Source: Alphaproteobacteria bacterium (GTDB taxonomy: Bacteria > Pseudomonadota > Alphaproteobacteria > UBA9219 > RFNS01). From it: 64,000 bases of DNA. Below the pieces are notes generated by a model. That model saw nothing but the letters and a program-made list of their open reading frames with translations, was not told the DNA's origin and did no database searches. The stretch's first letter is position 1. Each line of letters opens with the position of its first letter. Position numbers and translations under genes: made by a program. Positions 17,801 to 25,843 of this stretch are shown piece by piece. The stretch lies in NCBI GenBank assembly GCA_037200005.1, contig JBBCGY010000001.1, forward strand, positions 42,416 through 106,415, written 5' to 3'.

Positions 17801-20202
17801 CGTATGACGTGACCGACCGGATGGGTCTGGTGAAGCGTTTCGGCTACGACAATCTCGACCGGGTAACGCGGGTGGATTACGCCCCCGGCACGGCGGGCAC
17901 GACCTATGAGACGAACACCTATACCAACCTCGACCTGACATCGCACCGCGACCGGCTTGGCCGGGTTAGCACCGATGTTTACACGGCGAACCGGCAGCTG
18001 TGGCTGAGCTTCAATGCTTCGGGAACGCGGCGGGGCTTCACCTATTACCCGAACGGCGCGCTACAAGGCTACTACGACGAGAACGACCATCCTACAATCT
18101 ACGGCATCGACGGCCAGGGACGCGCCAACGCCGTCGTCTATCCCAATGGCAACCAGACGAATTACTACTACGATGATGGCGGGCGGATGCGCACCATTGT
18201 CGATCTCGACGGCTCGAACCAGCGCTGGCGGAACATTAAATATAACGTCGATAATAGCGTCCATATCCGCGACTATACCAACCCGGCAAATCCGTCCGAT
18301 CCCGTGGTTCTGGCGACGACAACCGCGACCTTCACCTACGATCCATGGTTCCCCGGACAAATGACTTCAATGGCCGATGCCAGCGGAACGACCAACTATA
18401 CATACAAAACCGTAGGCACCGTCGGCGCCTTACAACTCGCGACCGAAAATCCGCCGACGGTAAGCGGCGACGCGGATAAAATCACCTACACCTATGACCA
18501 GAAGGGACGGCTCGCCTCGCGCCAGATCGGTATCGGCACGGCGAGCGTGCTGCCGCAGGAAAGCTGGGTGCGCGACACCTATGGCCGCATTAACAGGCAC
18601 ATCATTCCCGACGGCAACCTGTTCTATTACGACTTCAACGGCGCGAGCAATCAGGTGACAATGCGCGCGTTTCGCAATCAGGCGCTGACGGAGATCGACC
18701 CGCTGAATACGCGCACGATGATGAGCTACGACACGGCGGCGAACGACTCGCGGCTGCTGACGATCAACAACCCGCCCTACGACAACAGCGCGCCCGGCGC
18801 GCGGGACTTCACCCTCAATTGGGGATCGTCGCCCGCCAATCCGTACGTTCCGGCGACGATCACCGACTCCGCTGGAGGCCCCGGCGGGGCGTGGGGACAG
18901 CGGGTGTGGACGATGGGCTATGACGCGCGCGACCGGCTGACCTCGGCGGTCGCCGCCGACCGCAGCTATTCGTTTACCCTGGACGCGCCGGGCAACGCGA
19001 CGAGCTTCACCAGCACGCACTATCCGAGCGGCGGGCTGTATAGCTTTAACTCGACCTACAACACGTCGAACCAGATGACGGTGGCGAACGGCAACGCGCT
19101 GATCTACGACCCCTACGGCAACCTCGTCACCCACACGAACTACCGCAGCTTCAAGTACGACGCCGAGAACCGCCTGATCGAGGTCGACTTCCCCGCCGCG
19201 CCCGCCGACAAGGTTGAGATGCAATATGACGGTCTTGGTCGCCGCACGCAGATCAAATCCACCATCGGCGGCGTCGTCACGACGCGGAACCTGCAATGGT
19301 GCGCCCAGACGACCTCGCCGCCGTTCCAGGGCGCGGCGGAAGAGATATGCGTCGAGCGCGACGCATCGGGCGGCATGCAGCGCATGGTCTATCCCGAGGG
19401 CGAATATCGCGCCAACGGCGGCCGGTACTTTTATGAACGCGACCAGACCGGCAACATCCGCGACGTGATGAAGATGGCGGCGGGATTGACGACCGCCGCG
19501 CGCGATAGCTCCTTCAACTACACGCCTTATGGCGGCGTCGACGGCAAAGACGGCACTGCCGAGCCGCTGCAGCAGTTCGCGGGACTGCTGTATGAGAAGA
19601 ACAGCAACCTGTTCCTCTCCCGCACCCGCGCCTATGCCCCATGGATCGGCAGATGGCTCCAGCGCGATCCGATTGGGCAGAATGGGGGGAGTAATGTTTA
19701 TGAGTATGCGGGGGCGAGTCCGATTAACAAGATTGATCCGAGCGGGTTGCAGGGGGTGCGACCTGGGTTAATAGAAACGATGCGACCTACAATAGGAGTG
19801 CCACCAGCAGCGGGGATCAACGAGGGGGCAGGAAATTACGCCGATTATCTTCAAGAAAATGGAGAAATGATGGGTGATCTAGCCACCCTTTATAGGGCCA
19901 CTAGCGCGGCGGTTGCCGGTGCGAGCAACCAATCAATGCGAGAGGATATTGAAAAAGCAAAAGTATGCACATCGTTTGGAAACAGCATGTCGGCGGATCA
20001 GCCGTTATGGTGCGGGCCTGGCGGATGCGCGGATAGCGTCAGGCAGCAGTGGCTGGATGCGACCGGCGGCTTAGTGTATCCACAAATCATCGAGTCTTTC
20101 AAAAAGAGGTTTGAACCGGCTCCCTCGCGGCTTGTGTCGACGCCGATGCGTGGCAATGACTTCGGTAATTCGGTTTTATTCCCTAATGTGGGCCCAGGTT
20201 AG
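14821..20202 (+). CDS. RHS/YD-repeat toxin with N-terminal HAF-type extracellular repeats and a C-terminal variable toxin domain
   Basis: 1793 aa. N-terminal repeated 'GINDAGQIVG' and 'HAFLVQSGTLTDLG' motifs (HAF-repeat-like); many YD-type repeats (YDxxGRL, YTYD, YDALGR). RHS core end motif 'YEYAGASPINKIDPSGL' is followed by a ~150-aa Cys-containing CT domain. Confidence 0.9.
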   Translation: MVAPAKKFHEANGELTNEAGATRPPLSRNSLWRTLRPGISVGVSLAAVVACESGEPNASNDNIVSISQAIGSATIYSLPTNVLMPNAINNQNLIVGQGLPSIYDANTGTFSSLEVNQPSGAVTSYAISNAGHVVGNSFNVGPVSNSAFISQGGHLSDLYAGNNNGVTSVAYGVNNYGQVVGTMPVTVNDANNSPHPFTHAFSWQGSVTDLTPNYYGNSAAYGINDAGQIVGTIGTAGVKWQGGSSSTLPSGTSTPAMINNVGQIVGTYSSGGSSHAFLVQSGTLTDLGAIQGSTPVRINNKGQVTGGFYNTGAGQYYPSVWQNGVVVTIPTLSGIPAGWSITSINGINDSGTVVGQGTLSGSSRGFYLTSPQLLNYAIAGKPYDPKANGGEDSASTPTDDLCGTHGMCVPNAQLLSASLNLNDTPIGYQPPKGPPAYIRLTYNHRDSVAPSSTSSHVGPNWTLNVISYIQDDPASPGQSVTRNVAGGGIVDYTFEAGQFNTTTGAFGPEKQTGAILKRTPATGFSASASYELSFPDGAKQIFSYPDGSFNYPRRAFLTDIVDASGQGLHFGYNYLQGTFGAINCTPGCPQLQSVSDANFRATNFVYGDASNVLRVTRINDPFGRHADLAYDGSGRLSSITDVIGIQSSFTYDTTDPTFIKKLTTPYGDSNFVFGQDTATDRRWLTLSDAVGNTEKVEYRGSSASGIAACDKNTSDASCSVSTSVPTGMPNGINNADLDKRNTFVWNKWMYANGYGSDYTQANVTHWLKDGAGNPVGIPESVKPLYESRIWYNYPGQNDPSTPGTLSVPRATGRVITDPLYGQAPQNQVYQSQYNSLGKPTLTVDPYKVSGNNNEGRTTRMTYDASGVDLLTVEQKTGSGTPGTWATIASYVYTDPTEQPTSIHKPIRYTDAAGQTYKFKYNGDGQLIYAANPYNDTTYNEYHPSGKLLRTTMPVPSVNWNTIDYGTDINGAPTGASNSSALRDTAITYDSADRPYDVTDRMGLVKRFGYDNLDRVTRVDYAPGTAGTTYETNTYTNLDLTSHRDRLGRVSTDVYTANRQLWLSFNASGTRRGFTYYPNGALQGYYDENDHPTIYGIDGQGRANAVVYPNGNQTNYYYDDGGRMRTIVDLDGSNQRWRNIKYNVDNSVHIRDYTNPANPSDPVVLATTTATFTYDPWFPGQMTSMADASGTTNYTYKTVGTVGALQLATENPPTVSGDADKITYTYDQKGRLASRQIGIGTASVLPQESWVRDTYGRINRHIIPDGNLFYYDFNGASNQVTMRAFRNQALTEIDPLNTRTMMSYDTAANDSRLLTINNPPYDNSAPGARDFTLNWGSSPANPYVPATITDSAGGPGGAWGQRVWTMGYDARDRLTSAVAADRSYSFTLDAPGNATSFTSTHYPSGGLYSFNSTYNTSNQMTVANGNALIYDPYGNLVTHTNYRSFKYDAENRLIEVDFPAAPADKVEMQYDGLGRRTQIKSTIGGVVTTRNLQWCAQTTSPPFQGAAEEICVERDASGGMQRMVYPEGEYRANGGRYFYERDQTGNIRDVMKMAAGLTTAARDSSFNYTPYGGVDGKDGTAEPLQQFAGLLYEKNSNLFLSRTRAYAPWIGRWLQRDPIGQNGGSNVYEYAGASPINKIDPSGLQGVRPGLIETMRPTIGVPPAAGINEGAGNYADYLQENGEMMGDLATLYRATSAAVAGASNQSMREDIEKAKVCTSFGNSMSADQPLWCGPGGCADSVRQQWLDATGGLVYPQIIESFKKRFEPAPSRLVSTPMRGNDFGNSVLFPNVGPG
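18992..19752. repeat. direct repeat copy 1 (3' part of RHS core), ~99% identical to 21503-22263
   Basis: identical antisense ORFs 19140-19385 and 21651-21896 in the track; aligned offset 2511 nt; the few mismatches give G->D and K->R differences. Confidence 0.85.
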
Positions 20203-20206
20203 TCCT

Positions 20207-21478
20207 ATGAAAAAGTTTACTCTATTGCTTGTCGCGCTTTGTAGTCTGACAATGTTACCGGCTCATGCCGCTGACCAAGACTCCAAACCACCCGTCATTG
20301 ATATTCCTGCCACGCGAAAAGAGGCGGAGTCTGGAGATGCTCGGGCTCAATATAATCTGGGCATAGCTTATCTCAACGGTTACGGGGTGAAGAAAAATAA
20401 AGATGAAGCTATTGAATGGATTTACAAAGCAGGGAAGAACAATGATGCCCTCGCAATATATTTCTTGGGCAGCGCATATCATGATGGCGACCTTTTGCCA
20501 CAAGACTACGCCAAGGCTATGAAGTGGTATCACAGGTCCGATGAATTATACGGCAGTCCCCTTGCGCAGAATATGCTTGGCGTGATGCACGAAAACGGTC
20601 AGGGGGCTCCACAGAATTATGAAGAAGCGGCTAGGTGGTATCGCAAAGCTGCCGAGAATATTTACGCACCGGCTCAATCCCATCTTGGATTCCTATACTA
20701 CGCTGGACGCGGCGTTCCTAAGGACGATCAAAAGGCTCTATATTGGCTTAAGAAAGCAGCCATACAAAACGATGCGCCAGCAAAGCTTATGCTAGGCATT
20801 ATGCACTATAAAGGCGAAGGAGTGGAAAAGAATTACGTTAAAGCTGTCAGCTATTTTCGCGAAGCCGCAGACGTCGGAATATCGATAGCTGAACGATATT
20901 TGGGAAATATGTATTACCACGGCGAAGGCGTTTCCAAGGATGAAGCCCAGGCTGTGTCTTGGTGGCGCAAAGCCGCCGAACAAGGGGATAGGGAGTCGGA
21001 AAAGATCATAGGTGGTATGTACTATTATGGCACAGGAGTGTCGAAGGATTTTTCCCAAGCCGTTTTATGGTGGCAAAAAGCTGCGGAAAAGGGTGATGTC
21101 GATGCTCAATGCAACTTGGCGAAAGCTTACTATCATGGAGAAGGTATAGGAAAAGATGAAACTCAAGCTGTGTTATGGTGGCGGAGGGCCGCGGCACAAG
21201 GACATGGAGAATCCCTCCTTTATTTAGGACAAGCGTATTTTAGTAGCATAGGCGTATCGCAAGATGATGTGCAGGCTTATATATGGCTAAGCTTGGCGGC
21301 TACAAGAAATCAGTCGTCAGCGGTTGCAACACTCACGGAACTCGAAAAGTCCATGACGCCGGAACAAATCGCTGAAGCCAGAAAACGCGTGGCAGAATGG
21401 AAACCCAAGCCTGAGCCAAAGCCTGCCCCAATAGGGCCAATACCCGAAATTCTAAAAGAAGTCCGTGAAGATTTATGA
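20207..21478 (+). CDS. Sel1-repeat (SLR/TPR-like) periplasmic protein, probable cognate immunity protein for the RHS CT toxin
   Basis: Starts 5 nt after the RHS stop; signal peptide MKKFTLLLVALCSLTMLPAHA; ~9 Sel1 repeats (AQYNLGIAYLNGYGVKKN..., AxxWYRKAAE...); start taken at an internal Met of ORF 20111-21478. Confidence 0.75.
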   Translation: MKKFTLLLVALCSLTMLPAHAADQDSKPPVIDIPATRKEAESGDARAQYNLGIAYLNGYGVKKNKDEAIEWIYKAGKNNDALAIYFLGSAYHDGDLLPQDYAKAMKWYHRSDELYGSPLAQNMLGVMHENGQGAPQNYEEAARWYRKAAENIYAPAQSHLGFLYYAGRGVPKDDQKALYWLKKAAIQNDAPAKLMLGIMHYKGEGVEKNYVKAVSYFREAADVGISIAERYLGNMYYHGEGVSKDEAQAVSWWRKAAEQGDRESEKIIGGMYYYGTGVSKDFSQAVLWWQKAAEKGDVDAQCNLAKAYYHGEGIGKDETQAVLWWRRAAAQGHGESLLYLGQAYFSSIGVSQDDVQAYIWLSLAATRNQSSAVATLTELEKSMTPEQIAEARKRVAEWKPKPEPKPAPIGPIPEILKEVREDL

Positions 21479-22668
21479 TCTCGACTTCGAGGATGCATTT
21501 GGGCAATGCGACGAGCTTCACCAGCACGCACTATCCGAGCGGCGGGCTGTATAGCTTTAACTCGACCTACAACACGTCGAACCAGATGACGGTGGCGAAC
21601 GGCAACGCGCTGATCTACGACCCCTACGGCAACCTCGTCACCCACACGAACTACCGCAGCTTCAAGTACGACGCCGAGAATCGCCTGATCGAGGTCGACT
21701 TCCCCGCCGCGCCCGCCGACAAGGTTGAGATGCAATATGACGGTCTTGGCCGCCGCACGCAGATCAAATCCACCATCGGGGGCGTCGTCACGACGCGGAA
21801 TCTGCAATGGTGCGCCCAGACGACCTCGCCGCCGTTCCAGGGCGCGGCGGAAGAGATATGCGTCGAGCGCGACGCATCGGGCGGCATGCAGCGCATGGTC
21901 TATCCCGAGGGCGAATATCGCGCCAACGGCGACCGGTACTTTTATGAACGCGACCAGACCGGCAACATCCGCGACGTGATGAAGATGGCGGCGGGATTGA
22001 CGACCGCCGCGCGCGACAGCTCCTTCAACTACACGCCTTATGGCGGCGTCGACGGCAGAGACGGCACCGCCGAGCCGCTGCAGCAGTTCGCGGGACTGCT
22101 GTATGAGAAGAACAGCAACCTGTTCCTCTCCCGCACCCGCGCCTACGCCCCATGGATCGGCAGATGGCTCCAGCGCGATCCGATTGGGCAGAATGGCGGC
22201 GCGAATGTTTATGAATATGCGGGGGCGAGTCCGATTAACAAGATTGATCCGAGCGGGCTTCAAAGCATCCAGAATGCGGATGACTGGATAAAACAGAGAA
22301 ATGCCCCTGCTCAGCCGTCAAATAGTATTTGGAGTGAGATCCTAGATAAAATCAGAGAACCTGTGTCTAGAAATGAAGCCATTAGTGAGATTACAAATTT
22401 CCGTCAATCTGGAGAGGCCCAAACTGAAGCACAGATAGCTAGAATGCTCATGGGTTTACCCGTCGAACCTGATTTTTCTGTTGCTATAGGAGGGGCTGAA
22501 GGTGAGCAAGATCTTGGCAGAGCGATTATGTCGGTAGCGCGCGAGATTTTGCGCCGCCCTGCGGAGCAGTCGTGCCCAATAGTTCAGAGAAAAGTCTTCG
22601 GTCAATCCTTGCCACCAAGTGATTTTGGTGACAAGAATCTCCCACTGCCATCTATATTAACCCTTTAA
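21475..22668 (+). CDS. orphan RHS C-terminal module (core tail + alternative CT toxin domain)
   Basis: ATGA overlap with the preceding Sel1 gene. After a 9-aa unique leader, residues match RHS 1391-1644 nearly identically through 'DPSGLQ', then diverge into a different ~135-aa C-terminal domain. Confidence 0.8.
   Translation: MISTSRMHLGNATSFTSTHYPSGGLYSFNSTYNTSNQMTVANGNALIYDPYGNLVTHTNYRSFKYDAENRLIEVDFPAAPADKVEMQYDGLGRRTQIKSTIGGVVTTRNLQWCAQTTSPPFQGAAEEICVERDASGGMQRMVYPEGEYRANGDRYFYERDQTGNIRDVMKMAAGLTTAARDSSFNYTPYGGVDGRDGTAEPLQQFAGLLYEKNSNLFLSRTRAYAPWIGRWLQRDPIGQNGGANVYEYAGASPINKIDPSGLQSIQNADDWIKQRNAPAQPSNSIWSEILDKIREPVSRNEAISEITNFRQSGEAQTEAQIARMLMGLPVEPDFSVAIGGAEGEQDLGRAIMSVAREILRRPAEQSCPIVQRKVFGQSLPPSDFGDKNLPLPSILTL
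21503..22263. repeat. direct repeat copy 2 (orphan RHS core tail)
   Basis: see copy 1. Confidence 0.85.
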
Positions 22669-22700
22669 AGAATATGAGTGGAATTGAGGGAGTTAATGCA

Positions 22701-23489
22701 ATGAAGAAGATAATTATTATTACGGCATTTGCTTTGATGGTCGCATCAGTTCAAGCTTATGCTGCCGTCCAGGATGAAAAAGCCGACAGTTTGTTAGGGC
22801 ATCGCCTGTCCGAACAATTACGGAAAACAGAAGCGCAGACAACTCTTGCTGCGGGAAAAGAGCTATTTAAAACAGGCGAAGGTCTTTCTAAGGATAATGT
22901 CGATGCAGTAAAGCTATTTCGCGTAGCTGCCAATCTTGGCTCGATGGAGGCACAAACAATTCTCGGCGCTGCATACCTTAGTGGCGATGGAGTGCAAAAA
23001 GATATTCCTGAAGCTTTAAAATGGATACAAAAATCTGCCGCCCAAGGAGACGCCAAGGCTCAACATTTATTGGGTGTATTGTATCATGAAGGATCAGACG
23101 TAAAAAAAGACAATGTGAAATCGTTAAAATGGATACGGAAAGCAGCGGAGCAAGGTTTGCCATCGGCACAATTTAGTCTTGGCACTATGCTTTCTAAAGG
23201 ATATGGAACACACCGAGATGAAACTTCAGCGATGGAATGGTTTCATAAATCCGCAAACCAAGGCTATGCTAAGGCCCAAATTATGCTCGGAATTGCATAT
23301 CACCTAGGTAAAGATATATCTAAAGACGATATTCTAGCTGATCAATGGCTGATATTGGCCGGGGAAAAAGAGGCACGTGATGATTTGGAAAAATCCATGA
23401 CCCCCGAACAAATCGCCGAAGCTATAAACCGCGCGGCGGAATGGAAGCCGAAACCACCAACCAAGCCCGATCCTGAATCCAAACCGTAG
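22701..23489 (+). CDS. Sel1-repeat periplasmic protein, probable immunity protein for the orphan CT toxin
   Basis: RBS 'gaggga' 9 nt upstream; signal peptide MKKIIIITAFALMVASVQAYA; Sel1 repeats; C-terminal tail 'EKSMTPEQIAEAINRAAEWKPKPPTKP' resembles the first Sel1 protein ('EKSMTPEQIAEARKRVAEWKPKPEPKP'). Confidence 0.7.
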   Translation: MKKIIIITAFALMVASVQAYAAVQDEKADSLLGHRLSEQLRKTEAQTTLAAGKELFKTGEGLSKDNVDAVKLFRVAANLGSMEAQTILGAAYLSGDGVQKDIPEALKWIQKSAAQGDAKAQHLLGVLYHEGSDVKKDNVKSLKWIRKAAEQGLPSAQFSLGTMLSKGYGTHRDETSAMEWFHKSANQGYAKAQIMLGIAYHLGKDISKDDILADQWLILAGEKEARDDLEKSMTPEQIAEAINRAAEWKPKPPTKPDPESKP

Positions 23490-23513
23490 CGTCTAATTTC
23501 AAGGCAAGAAGCG

Positions 23514-23882
23514 ATGAAATTTATCCGATTTTATGTCGTTGCATCTCTTGTTCTTGGAGTTTTGCAGATTGCTGACGGCATCGTTCTTGTTTCGTATGGC
23601 ACAATAGCAATTAGTAATATTTTCTCTTTGCTCGAAGCTATATGGGTTGTTGTCTCGATGATAGCGCTTTGGTTTTTCATAAAAAGCAAATTTCCAATAT
23701 TCATTCCGACGACATATATTTTATACAATGTTGCTGGCTGGGGATACGGGGCCTATTTGTTTTCACAATTGCAAAATTCTGACCAAATAATCGACGTTCC
23801 TCTTTGGTTTAAAATTGCGGGTATTTGTTTTGGCATCTATTTTGCCTGCGTAAATTTCATATTGTATAAACGAAAACTGTGA
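23514..23882 (+). CDS. small 4-TM membrane protein (AT-rich), unknown; possible orphan immunity-like gene
   Basis: 122 aa with four hydrophobic segments; very low GC compared with surroundings. Confidence 0.45.
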   Translation: MKFIRFYVVASLVLGVLQIADGIVLVSYGTIAISNIFSLLEAIWVVVSMIALWFFIKSKFPIFIPTTYILYNVAGWGYGAYLFSQLQNSDQIIDVPLWFKIAGICFGIYFACVNFILYKRKL

Positions 23883-23999
23883 ATCATCTTCCAGCAAGCT
23901 GGGTAGCGCACTGACTTTGGCGATGAAACTAAATTGATTGATTGCCCCATGCTGGCATTAAATTGTATATTCTGAGGTACATTTTAGGGCGGCATATTT

Positions 24000-25298
24000 A
24001 TGAATCAGGCATTTAACTCCGATCCCTATAAGCGCCTGCCCGGCGGCATCCGGGCGGCGGTTTTGCCGATGCAGGGGGCCGACCTTGTGCATCAAGCCAC
24101 GCTCGGCGCGGCGCTTGAGCATATCATCGGTCATGAGGCTGCGGTTCATGAAGCGGCTTTCCAAAGCCAGCATTTTCACAAGATTTTGAAGGCAAGCGAG
24201 AAAGGCGAAATCAACGTCCTTTTTCTTATGGCCGCGATGCATACATGTTTGCCGAAATTGGCGGGCGCGGCGATTGAACTTCCGACCGTCATTACGAAAT
24301 GGCAAGGCAACGAGTTTAAGCACTATCCCGCCATCTATGGCGAAGATACATGCGTTCTGCCGGAATTCTCCAAAACCTTCCGCGAAAAGACGGCGGGCGC
24401 GCTTTATCCTAATGGCCTGGGCCTTGGCACATGGTTCGCCAAAGAACGGATCGAAGGATCGGTATCGGGCCGCTCTGGGTTCGCGCCTCTCGGCATGGTG
24501 TCCCAAGGCCGTGTTTGTGAATATTCCGGGCATAACGGGCCGATGATTGGACTCTTGAACAAATTCGGTGCAACGACTGCGCCGGACGCGAGCGCAGTCC
24601 TCGAACTCGACGGCCTCACTCCCACGATGAAAAGCCGCTGGCAAGTGCCGGTCGATACTGAAGCCTTGGCCGATCAGAACGGCAAGCCCCTCGACAATAT
24701 TTTCGTAACGAGATGGTCAGGCGAAAGCGGCAAGCAACAAATCGCCGCAAGCTTTACGAAAACCATCTCCACCTTTACCGGCGATCCTATTGTGCGCGTT
24801 CAGCTAACGAGCAACGGCAATCTTCCGAATGGCGATATGCTGCAAAATGTACTATCTTCACTGCTGGCTGCCGGTCACGACGAAATCCGCGAGCGGAAAT
24901 GGGCCATAGCAGGCGAATTAAAAAGTGTTGCTAGCAACCGAAGCCCGATCATCCCGCTCCTTGCTTCCCGGCAGCAGCAAATGGCTGCGCTTCTGTCCGC
25001 AGGGCGAGATGAAATTCTATCCCGGCGTATCGGCATGGATGATTTAAGCCATATTTTCGGCGGCGCGGTTCCGACAATGCGGATTCATGCGCTCAGGAAG
25101 CCGGAAATAGTCGCGGCCTTGAAAGACTTAGGTGCACAACCCCGTATTCTCGGCCCCCACGTCATGCTGCCCGCGATTATGGACTTCGCCAATATGCCGC
25201 AGGAGGCGCTTAATTTCGATCTGCCCCCGGCGAGGCCGCTGAATACGGTCAATCATAGAGGCGCAACCAGCACGCCGCTTTTCTCTCTGGCGGCATAA
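24000..25298 (+). CDS. hypothetical protein, family A paralog
   Basis: 432 aa; conserved blocks shared with 11773-12903 (see that feature). Confidence 0.6.
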   Translation: MNQAFNSDPYKRLPGGIRAAVLPMQGADLVHQATLGAALEHIIGHEAAVHEAAFQSQHFHKILKASEKGEINVLFLMAAMHTCLPKLAGAAIELPTVITKWQGNEFKHYPAIYGEDTCVLPEFSKTFREKTAGALYPNGLGLGTWFAKERIEGSVSGRSGFAPLGMVSQGRVCEYSGHNGPMIGLLNKFGATTAPDASAVLELDGLTPTMKSRWQVPVDTEALADQNGKPLDNIFVTRWSGESGKQQIAASFTKTISTFTGDPIVRVQLTSNGNLPNGDMLQNVLSSLLAAGHDEIRERKWAIAGELKSVASNRSPIIPLLASRQQQMAALLSAGRDEILSRRIGMDDLSHIFGGAVPTMRIHALRKPEIVAALKDLGAQPRILGPHVMLPAIMDFANMPQEALNFDLPPARPLNTVNHRGATSTPLFSLAA

Positions 25299-25524
25299 CC
25301 ACCTCTTGATCTAAATTCCAACAATAGATCGACTTTCCGCGAGGGCGCGGAAAGCGGTTCCCGCCGCCGTTCTGCCGCGTAAAGAACGCGGCGCGGTGGC
25401 TCGCTACGCGCTGCGCCGACAAGAGCGGCTTACGCTTTCGCGCCCCCAAGCGGGCGCATTTGCTTACCGGCATGAGTGAGCGCGGCCAGCACCACTCTCT
25501 ATTTCCAACCGCCTTTTTCTAACC

Positions 25525-25552
25525 CCCTCTTTCGCCGAAAGAGGGTTTTTTC
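25525..25552 (+). terminator. putative rho-independent terminator
   Basis: 'cccctctttcgccgaaagagggtttttt': GC stem with T-run, downstream of 24000-25298. Confidence 0.4.
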
Positions 25553-25584
25553 ATTTCAACCACAGCATAACAAGGGAGGAAGAT

Positions 25585-25776
25585 ATGAGCCAGGAAGCAT
25601 ATCGCGTGAAAGAATTCTGCAACCGCTACGCCATTTCAAAAGCCAGCTTCTACCGGGAAACAGCGGCGAAGCGGCTGCATATCCTAAAACGTGGCCGTAC
25701 AACGCTCGTTGCCCGCACCGAAGCCGAACGCTGGTTTGAAAGCCTTGGCCAAGGCCAGCCGCAGCAATCAGCCTGA
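25585..25776 (+). CDS. AlpA/Xis-like DNA-binding protein (prophage CP4-57 regulatory family)
   Basis: 63 aa, 'KEFCNRYAISKASFYRETAAKRLHILKRGRTTLV' fits the AlpA HTH; strong RBS 'gggaggaag'; sits directly upstream of the integrase. Confidence 0.65.
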   Translation: MSQEAYRVKEFCNRYAISKASFYRETAAKRLHILKRGRTTLVARTEAERWFESLGQGQPQQSA

Positions 25777-25843
25777 TCGCATTCAATATCCCGAATATTT
25801 CCAAAGCCATTTTTCGTCAATCTTATTCTCATGGAGGCATGTC

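Noticed and set aside
18430-19296. 288-aa minus-strand ORF inside the RHS gene, duplicated with 19140-19385/21651-21896 and 21310-22263 in the orphan
   Set aside because: Antisense to YD-repeat coding sequence, Arg/Val/Gly-rich. Their duplication simply reflects the 761-bp DNA repeat.
20111-20206. Upstream extension of the first Sel1 gene into the RHS 3' end
   Set aside because: Internal Met at 20207 begins a canonical signal peptide (MKKFTLLLVALC...) 5 nt after the RHS stop.
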